Origin: Promethearchaeota archaeon Loki_b32
GTDB lineage: Archaea; Asgardarchaeota; Lokiarchaeia; Sigyniarchaeales; SOKP01
Direction: 5' to 3'
Length of the DNA: 64,000 bases
NCBI GenBank assembly: GCA_005223125.1
Contig: NJBH01000006.1
Span: 46,316-110,315 of the forward strand
A model generated the notes under the pieces. That model ran no database searches. It had not been told where the DNA came from and saw nothing but the letters and a program-made list of their open reading frames with translations. Below are positions 48,112 through 54,850 of this stretch, piece after piece. Made by a program: the position numbers and the translations under genes. Position 1 is the stretch's first letter; each line of letters starts with the position of its first letter.

Positions 48112-49266
48112 TTAATACTTTGAAGGCGTCTTAGTTTTAATTTTTGAGGGAGTCTTCGATTTAATTTTTCTTAAATCTCTTTCAAATTGTCTTTTTTCAT
48201 TTAGAAATCGTTGCTTATCTTTTTCTAATTTATTTCTTTCACGTTTAATAATATTTTTTTCGCTTTCTAAGTTTGATTTTCGTTTTTCTAATTGTCTATA
48301 TTCATTATTTAATCGTTTAAACTTTTCCTCTAAATTGGGAATTTTCCGGTTTAAGGACTGATACTTATTTTCTGCAGCTGGAACTTTTCTTTGTAATTCT
48401 TTTAATCTTGCCTCTTGTTGGCGTCTTCTTTTCTCCAACTCATTTGCATTTCTATCAGCTTTTTCTCTGGTCTTTTTTAGATCAACTTTTTTCTTGTTAA
48501 TCTCACGAGCTTTTAGATCTAAGTCTTGTTTTTTATATCGAGTTTTTTCTCTTTCTTCTTTTAATTTTTTCTTTTCATCAGAAATACGATTTTTTTCATC
48601 AATAATCTCTCTCCTTAAGCTATTGATTTCCCTATTTAAACGATCTCTTTCTTTATTTAGATCTTTAATTTCATTTCTTAAATCCATTAATTTATCTTCC
48701 AAATCATTAGTAGTTCTGTTCAAGGCATTTTCTCTTCTTTCCATACCAGGAAGTTTCGTTTTAATTTCCTTTAAGCGATCTTCTGTTCTTGCCTTTTCTT
48801 TCTCTAAATATTTTTTTTCATTTCCAATTTCTTCTCTAAGTTTATCTAATTTATCTTGAAATCTTTCCAATTCAGCATTTTTTTGATCTAATTCATCATT
48901 CTTTCTTCTGATTTTATCTTTAAATTGCCGTTCTTTTACATTTAACTCGTTTTTTTGTTGTTCTATTTCATTTTTCGCCACTTTTAATTCATTTCGCAGA
49001 TTATCTCGTTGTTCAAGAAGATTTTTAACTTCAAATTCTCTATCCTTTCTTTTTCTTTCAAGATCCTCAATATTATACTTATAAGCCTCAATTTGATTAA
49101 TTATTTTTTCCCATTCACTCTTCTCTTTATCCAGTTTGATTCTTTCTTTTTTTATTTTCTTAAGTAATTTTTTTTCTGGAATTGTTTCAAGTTCTTCCTC
49201 AGGTGTTTTTTCCCGAATTTCATATTTAGGAATTGGTTTGTCATCCATGTTATTTCTACAATTCAC
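48112..49266 (-). CDS. K/E/R-rich coiled-coil protein (archaeal coiled-coil protein type)
   Basis: Almost entirely heptad-like charged sequence, with an internal duplicated module RLKE(I/L)..K(L/V)P..E....LNR; the first ATG is at 49248 (track start is a GTG at 49266). Confidence 0.5.
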   Translation of the reverse strand: MNCRNNMDDKPIPKYEIREKTPEEELETIPEKKLLKKIKKERIKLDKEKSEWEKIINQIEAYKYNIEDLERKRKDREFEVKNLLEQRDNLRNELKVAKNEIEQQKNELNVKERQFKDKIRRKNDELDQKNAELERFQDKLDKLREEIGNEKKYLEKEKARTEDRLKEIKTKLPGMERRENALNRTTNDLEDKLMDLRNEIKDLNKERDRLNREINSLRREIIDEKNRISDEKKKLKEEREKTRYKKQDLDLKAREINKKKVDLKKTREKADRNANELEKRRRQQEARLKELQRKVPAAENKYQSLNRKIPNLEEKFKRLNNEYRQLEKRKSNLESEKNIIKRERNKLEKDKQRFLNEKRQFERDLRKIKSKTPSKIKTKTPSKY

Positions 49267-49454
49267 TTTATTTTTTAATTAAATTATATAATTATTGACT
49301 CTAAAGTGTTTGCATTCAAATTGCAATATTTAACTTTTTCTAACTGTTAAATCCATTTATATATTATAGTTTCTATTATTTTCATACTTAAAGTACTTAA
49401 AACTATAAAAATTCTCTATATTATAAATAAACCTATAATAACAGTGGTTATATT

Positions 49455-49877
49455 ATGAGTTTTGATGAAGAGGAAGAGTTTGACGAGGAATTCGACGAAG
49501 AAGATCTCGATGAAGAGTTAGATGAGCAGGATGAAGAAGAATTTGAGGATGAATTAGAAGAACCTTCTATAGTAGCATCTACTGAAGAGCCTGAATCTAA
49601 AACTCCAGCAACTAAAGTAATAGCTGAAGGGAAAAAAATTTCAGTCTATTTTATGTCAACTATAGGTCCCGGTGAAAAAAAACAAAAACTAGTTATAAAT
49701 ACAGGATATAGTGTTGGAGATATTAAGGAAACAGTAGCAAATTTATTTGGATTAGATCCTGCTGATTTTCATTTATCATCAAGTGGAATTACAATGGATG
49801 AGAGCTCATCTTTAAGAGATTATAATATAAGTGATGGAGACGATATACTTCTAATTCCCGCTAGTACAGCGGGCTAA
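49455..49877 (+). CDS. ubiquitin-like beta-grasp protein with acidic N-terminal extension, C-terminus ...IPASTAG-stop
   Basis: C-terminal ~80 aa collinear with 51741..52076; terminal Gly directly precedes the stop; D/E-rich first ~45 aa. Confidence 0.75.
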   Translation: MSFDEEEEFDEEFDEEDLDEELDEQDEEEFEDELEEPSIVASTEEPESKTPATKVIAEGKKISVYFMSTIGPGEKKQKLVINTGYSVGDIKETVANLFGLDPADFHLSSSGITMDESSSLRDYNISDGDDILLIPASTAG

Positions 49878-49927
49878 ATTTCTAGAAAAAGTAAAATTTT
49901 CAAAGCAAGGTTTTATTTTCTTCACTT

Positions 49928-50716
49928 TTATTTTTTTTTTAAGGGAATCAGCGCAATTTCATCATCATCATCAATTTTATAATCTTTAATTTGTGAGTTT
50001 TCATTTAATAATATCCCCCCAGAAGAGAGAAGAAAGTCTTCTAAATTATAATCAAATAATCTCCCAATTCTCTCTTTAATTGGCTTTATTATCTCAGTTG
50101 TATCGAGTATAATTATCTTTGTTTTCTCGCCTGGTTCAAGTAAAGATCTTACATAAACACGGATCCGGTCTTCCATTTCAATCAGTTTCATAGGTTGTGT
50201 ATAAAATACCTCCTCATCAGTGTTATCTCTGGTCTTCAACATATTTTCGATTAACGTTTTTCTCTCATTTTCATCGAAATATAACATTTCCCGGATAAAC
50301 AAGATTTTGTCCACTTTTGATAAATCTAATAGGTTTATTTTATCTAATTCTTCTTGACTAAAAACTGAAAAGATATATTTATCGATTATTGGTATATCCT
50401 TATAGGACTCGCTGGATTCAGTATAATCTTCTATTAAAGGTATGGCATCAATGTAATCTTCAATGATATCAACTTGTTTCCGTTTAATTAATTTTGAATC
50501 AGGTAAGATTTTTTTTTTCTTTATTTTTTCATCCCAACTACCTTTAGACTGTATAACTGTATATACTGTACTAGTAGATAAGATCGCAACGCTACCTACT
50601 GTTAGAATGAGAAATAAGAAGGAATTTTCTATACTGAATAAGAAAAATAGGAAATAGACCAAAATACAAACAGTATAAAGAGCGATGACACTTAAAATTC
50701 TATATTTATTTCTCAT
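49928..50716 (-). CDS. membrane-anchored protein with C-terminal ubiquitin-like domain (no terminal Gly)
   Basis: Two N-terminal TM helices. The C-terminal segment IKERIGRLFDYNLEDFLLSSGGILLNENSQIKDYKIDDDDEIALIP aligns with the free Ubls (LF..DF.LSSGGI..EN...DY..D.D.I.LIP) but ends LKKK. Confidence 0.6.
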   Translation of the reverse strand: MRNKYRILSVIALYTVCILVYFLFFLFSIENSFLFLILTVGSVAILSTSTVYTVIQSKGSWDEKIKKKKILPDSKLIKRKQVDIIEDYIDAIPLIEDYTESSESYKDIPIIDKYIFSVFSQEELDKINLLDLSKVDKILFIREMLYFDENERKTLIENMLKTRDNTDEEVFYTQPMKLIEMEDRIRVYVRSLLEPGEKTKIIILDTTEIIKPIKERIGRLFDYNLEDFLLSSGGILLNENSQIKDYKIDDDDEIALIPLKKK

Positions 50717-50795
50717 AACTTTTTAATTAGATTATTTTCTGAATTTAAAATATATATTTTTTCTTATAAAGATCTATGGAATAATTTTGGAGTTT

Positions 50796-51473
50796 TTAAT
50801 GTGACACACCCTGAATTGATTTTCTAACTTTAGAATAGTTTTTTGTATCTAATTGGAATACAATACGATTTTTAATTTTTTCAATTTTTATTAATTTCAA
50901 ATCTGTTAAAATGTCTATGTATTTTTTGATGGTACTATGATTCTTTTTCAAGCTGTTTGCAATTTCTGTAATTTTTAATGTTTTATTTTCTTTTTTCATA
51001 AAGTTAATTATTTTTTGGACAATTTTCTTTTTTAAATAATAATACAACTCGTCAAGTTCTGGATTTGAATCAAATTTAAAGAAGATTCTATGATTGTTAA
51101 TTTGTTTTGATCTTACAAATAGGAATTTTTCTAAACATGATAAATGCCATAAAGCTTGATTACTTCCCATATTTAGAGCTCTCATTATCTCATTAATATT
51201 AGAAGGATTCTTTTTTATATAGTTATAAATCTCATTTCGTTTTGGATGTTCAATAATATTATTTTTCATTAATCTTGTTCCTGGGATAATAACACGTTTT
51301 TTTATTAAATCTTTTAAAATTAATTCAATTCTATTCTCATTTATATTTGGATTATATCTAACTCTATTATTTATATACGATATGATTTCTTTGATTGAAA
51401 AGAACGTTTTTTTTGTTAAATACTCTTTTACTAATTCAAGAACGACAGATTTTGCATTATCCAGAGAACTCAT
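50796..51473 (-). CDS. tandem winged-helix protein (ArsR-like wHTH x2)
   Basis: KRNEIYNYIKKNPSNINEIMRALNMGSNQALWHLSCLEKFLFV and LKITEIANSLKKNHSTIKKYIDILTDLKLI. Confidence 0.55.
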   Translation of the reverse strand: MSSLDNAKSVVLELVKEYLTKKTFFSIKEIISYINNRVRYNPNINENRIELILKDLIKKRVIIPGTRLMKNNIIEHPKRNEIYNYIKKNPSNINEIMRALNMGSNQALWHLSCLEKFLFVRSKQINNHRIFFKFDSNPELDELYYYLKKKIVQKIINFMKKENKTLKITEIANSLKKNHSTIKKYIDILTDLKLIKIEKIKNRIVFQLDTKNYSKVRKSIQGVSH

Positions 51474-51740
51474 GAGCCTATACTTGTATTATGTTGATTT
51501 TTCTTGTTAAGTAATTATATATTCTCTCTAAAACAACATTTTTTGATTAATATATATTAATAGGCATTCATACAATTTATAATATAATTTCTAAAGAATC
51601 CTAATTTGCTCCTTCTCTTATTTTTGATAAAACCATTAAAAACTTCAAAATCATTCCAAAGGGTTTTATTATATCTTTTTAATGCGATTTTATTAAGTTT
51701 ACAAAAATAAAAAAATAAAAAAAAAAAGGATGTGTAATAA

Positions 51741-52076
51741 ATGAGTTTTGAAAATGAATTTGATGAGGATTTAGTTGGGAAGGAGCCTGTAAAATCTAAA
51801 ACTCCCGCATCTAAAACCCCTTCAACAGGAAAGAAATTGACTTTGTATTTCATGTCTACTATTGGACCCGGTGAAAAGAAGGAAAAATTAACAGTAAATA
51901 ACAATAATCGTGTGAGTGATATTAAACAAACACTTGGAAATTTATTTGGACTTAATCCAAACGATTTTCATTTATCATCTGGAGGTATTACAATGGATGA
52001 AAATAGCTACTTAAACGATTATAGTGTAAGTGATGGCGATGATATTCTTTTGATCCCTGCGAGTACTGCGGGGTAA
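51741..52076 (+). CDS. ubiquitin-like beta-grasp protein, C-terminus ...IPASTAG-stop
   Basis: Paralog of 49455..49877; first gene of the Ubl-E1-E2-JAMM-RING string. Confidence 0.8.
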   Translation: MSFENEFDEDLVGKEPVKSKTPASKTPSTGKKLTLYFMSTIGPGEKKEKLTVNNNNRVSDIKQTLGNLFGLNPNDFHLSSGGITMDENSYLNDYSVSDGDDILLIPASTAG

Positions 52077-52108
52077 ACTTATATAATTTTCTTCATAAAC
52101 TATAATAT

Positions 52109-52140
52109 AAGGGCGCTAAGCCCTTTAATTTTTTTTATTT
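52109..52140 (+). terminator. 6-bp GC-cored hairpin (AAGGGC-gctaa-GCCCTT) followed by a T-rich tract
   Basis: Read directly from the sequence, 33 nt after the Ubl stop and ahead of the E1 gene. Confidence 0.4.
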
Positions 52141-52155
52141 TTTTAATAATTATAA

Positions 52156-53391
52156 TTGGTGATTATATTGGGAAAGAGTTCAGATTTTTTTAGTAGAGGC
52201 CTGACATCGGAAGAGAGAAATTTATACGACCGCCAATTTAGGCTTGAGGGATGGTCTCAGAAACTAGTAAAAAACACTCGAGTTTTGATAGTTGGAGTTG
52301 GGGGATTAGGTTGCGAAATCGCAAAAAATCTGGCAATGTTAGGAATAGGACATTTAGATTTAGTAGATTTAGATATTATTGAACATTCAAACTTAAATCG
52401 CCAAATTTTATTTACGGGTGCTAAATTGGGGGAACCTAAAGCAATCGTGGCGGCAAAAAAATTAACTGAAATAAATCCAAATATTAATGTAAATGGTTAT
52501 CATACTTCCTTAGAGCGCCTAGATCCTGCAATATATAGAGCTGCTGACGTTATTATTGGAGGTCTTGACTCCATGAACGCTCGATTGAATTTAAACGCTC
52601 AATGTGTAAGATTTAGGAAACCACTAGTAGATGGAGGTGTGTCAGGTTATCATGGTCATGTCTACACGATTTTTCCATTCAAAAATGCATGTTATGAATG
52701 TAACCCGCTCCCTATAGCTGAAAGTGATGAGATGGCTGCATGTACTGTAGTAGGAATACCAAGAAAGAGGATTCACTGCATTTTTAAAGGAGATATGGCC
52801 TTTAAAGAAAAATTCGATAGGGATCCTAATCCAAAAAGTGTTGTTGATATTAAATTCATTCAAAAAGTTGCTAATGAATTAGTAAATAAACATAATTTTC
52901 TCCCGGAATATACTCAAGATGATATTGTAAAGATTATCGATAGACATGATCCAGGAATAATTACCATAAATGCTGTCATTTCAGCATTACAATCTCATGA
53001 AGCTATAAAAATCCTTCATTGGAAAAAAGGACATATAGGTTTAGGTGAACCAATAAAAACCTATGTTATTTTCAATGCAATGACAATGATGTTTTATCAT
53101 ATTGAAAAAAAAAGAAATCCAGAATGTTCCCAATGTGGAAAAAAAGTTCGAAGATTTGTCGTGAAATTAAGAGCACGTTCTCCATGTATTAATATAATCA
53201 AAGTATTAGAAAAACATGGTTTTAAGTTAGATCCTGATCTCGAACCCGTAATAACATTATTGGATTTTAATGATATTAAGATGATTGATCTAGAACAGAA
53301 TCCAATTGAAAATGGTTTAAGAAATTACGAATTTATGACTGCTGCAGGGTTTAAAGATGGAGAAATTTTTGTAACCTTAAAATTAAAATAA
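52156..53391 (+). CDS. ubiquitin-activating E1-like enzyme (ThiF/MoeB/Uba family); non-AUG start
   Basis: YDRQ..., VGVGGLGCEIAKNLAMLGIG, DLDIIEHSNLNRQ, Zn pairs CYEC / CSQC, candidate catalytic Cys in MAACTVVG. No in-frame ATG precedes the nucleotide loop (TTG 52156, GTG 52159 or TTG 52168). Confidence 0.85.
   Translation: MVIILGKSSDFFSRGLTSEERNLYDRQFRLEGWSQKLVKNTRVLIVGVGGLGCEIAKNLAMLGIGHLDLVDLDIIEHSNLNRQILFTGAKLGEPKAIVAAKKLTEINPNINVNGYHTSLERLDPAIYRAADVIIGGLDSMNARLNLNAQCVRFRKPLVDGGVSGYHGHVYTIFPFKNACYECNPLPIAESDEMAACTVVGIPRKRIHCIFKGDMAFKEKFDRDPNPKSVVDIKFIQKVANELVNKHNFLPEYTQDDIVKIIDRHDPGIITINAVISALQSHEAIKILHWKKGHIGLGEPIKTYVIFNAMTMMFYHIEKKRNPECSQCGKKVRRFVVKLRARSPCINIIKVLEKHGFKLDPDLEPVITLLDFNDIKMIDLEQNPIENGLRNYEFMTAAGFKDGEIFVTLKLK
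52158..52163 (+). promoter_or_regulatory. GGTGAT Shine-Dalgarno-like element at the E1 start region
   Basis: ataattGGTGATtataTTG; it overlaps the first two candidate starts and lies 4 nt before the TTG at 52168. Confidence 0.35.
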
Positions 53392-53473
53392 AAAATTAAT
53401 CTAAAAATGTTTTAAATAAAAAAGATTAATTGAAAAAAAATATTAATTATAATAAAAAAAAAGGGTTGAGAAT

Positions 53474-54001
53474 ATGAGTATAAGAAGTAGTAGAATCTCG
53501 CAAGATTTTGCGGGATTAAAAAAATTGTATAAACAAGGAACTATTATTCAGTTAAAACCATTTAATCCAAAAAGAAAGAGTATTGATCATTTAGCAATTA
53601 CTATTAAAGGACCTAAAGGTACTGTTTATGCAGGTGGTCTTTTTAAATTAGAAATGAAATTCCCTGCTCAGTATCCTAGACAACCACCTTTTGTAAGACT
53701 GCATACTCCAATCTGGCATCCAAATTTTTGGGCAAAACCAAGTGAATATAAAGGACAAAGAAATATTTGTTTAGCATTAGTAGATCCCTCCCTAACTGGT
53801 AAAAGAGGAGGGTGGAGTCCATCAAAAACAGCGGTTACCGTTGTTCAAGCAATAATTGCTATGTTAAACACACGAGGTAAATATGTAAATCCTACCGATG
53901 TTTTTAATAAAAAAGCTGCGATAGAGATGATGAAAAATCAGAAGTTTTTTGAGAAAAAAGTGAAGAATCTCGTGAAAAAGTATGCAAATAAAAAATGGTG
54001 A
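53474..54001 (+). CDS. ubiquitin-conjugating E2 (UBC fold)
   Basis: IKGPKGTVYAGGLFKLEMKFPAQYPRQPPFVRLHTPIWHPNF (HPN), catalytic Cys in GQRNICLAL, WSP, conserved C-terminal helices. Confidence 0.9.
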   Translation: MSIRSSRISQDFAGLKKLYKQGTIIQLKPFNPKRKSIDHLAITIKGPKGTVYAGGLFKLEMKFPAQYPRQPPFVRLHTPIWHPNFWAKPSEYKGQRNICLALVDPSLTGKRGGWSPSKTAVTVVQAIIAMLNTRGKYVNPTDVFNKKAAIEMMKNQKFFEKKVKNLVKKYANKKW

Positions 54002-54002
54002 T
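53997..54002 (+). promoter_or_regulatory. GGTGAT Shine-Dalgarno-like element embedded in the E2 stop region, 7 nt before the JAMM ATG
   Basis: aaaaaTGGTGAttactttaATG; the TGA of E2 is inside the element. Confidence 0.5.
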
Positions 54003-54009
54003 TACTTTA

Positions 54010-54822
54010 ATGGAGAATAAAGAATTAGCCAATAGTTCAATCAAAGACGTAATTAAAAAGAAGATAAAAGAAAAAATAAAACAAGAATTACTAGATGAAA
54101 TATGTGAAGAACTTAAATTAGAGGAAGAAGAATTAACAGAAGAGATTTGTTCAATGCTTACTAAAAAAACCTCTGCCAAACCAATAATAAAACTTTCTAA
54201 GATACCTACCGTCAAAATAGAAGAGAAAAAGCATGTTGAAATACAAATAGAAGAGGAAATACAAAAAGAAGTTTATATTTCAGTAAAAAGTATACTTAAA
54301 ATAGCAAGTCATGCGCTTAAATATGCAAATTCTAAGATTCGAAGAGAGAATTGGGTGGAAGTTATTGGGCTTCTAGCAGGAAAATTAGATAAAAACGAAA
54401 TACTCCATATTGAAGATGCTTACCCAATGGGGCATGGAACGGCTGTATATGCCGAAATTAAAGATTATAAGAATTATGTGAGGGCATTTAAAGATATTAA
54501 AAAACAGAGATTATTTATATGTGGATGGTATCATAGTCATCCTTCATATGGTCTTTTTATGAGTAATGAAGATATGGGCACTCAAGCAAGATATCAAACA
54601 CTTTGGGATAAAGCAGTTGCTCTTGTTGTTGATCCATACCTAATTGACGGTACTTCACCAGGCTTTGAGATTTATAGCGCTAATTTGAAATCAAAAACAT
54701 GGTATCCATTATTATACGGGATTAAAGGGTCATTAGATGTAAGAATGTTACCTGAAATATTGAAATTTATGCATCCCCTCATTGAAGGAAAGCCAGTATA
54801 TCTTGAATATGATGAAGATTAA
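54010..54822 (+). CDS. JAB1/MPN/Mov34 (JAMM) metalloprotease, Rpn11/CSN5-like deubiquitinase with charged N-terminal extension
   Basis: EVIGLLAG (Glu), GWYHSHPSYGLFMSNED (HxHx7Sx2D). ATG 54010 is preferred because of the SD; the track start 53995 is in frame and also possible. Confidence 0.85.
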   Translation: MENKELANSSIKDVIKKKIKEKIKQELLDEICEELKLEEEELTEEICSMLTKKTSAKPIIKLSKIPTVKIEEKKHVEIQIEEEIQKEVYISVKSILKIASHALKYANSKIRRENWVEVIGLLAGKLDKNEILHIEDAYPMGHGTAVYAEIKDYKNYVRAFKDIKKQRLFICGWYHSHPSYGLFMSNEDMGTQARYQTLWDKAVALVVDPYLIDGTSPGFEIYSANLKSKTWYPLLYGIKGSLDVRMLPEILKFMHPLIEGKPVYLEYDED

Positions 54823-54836
54823 AACAGAAGAATTTT

Positions 54837-54842
54837 GGTGAT
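54837..54842 (+). promoter_or_regulatory. GGTGAT Shine-Dalgarno-like element 8 nt upstream of the membrane RING-like gene
   Basis: ttttGGTGATtttagactATG. Confidence 0.5.
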
Positions 54843-54850
54843 TTTAGACT

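Noticed and set aside
48494-48859. 121-aa plus-strand ORF
   Set aside because: Antisense to the coiled-coil gene. S/F/L-rich, as expected from the complement of K/E codons.
51557-51904. 115-aa minus-strand ORF overlapping the Ubl-2 start
   Set aside because: Low-complexity F/S/K-rich translation. It overlaps the conserved Ubl coding region and its upstream spacer, so the Ubl reading is far better supported.
53904-54215. 103-aa minus-strand ORF across the E2/JAMM junction
   Set aside because: Antisense to two motif-supported genes, with a serine-rich low-complexity translation.
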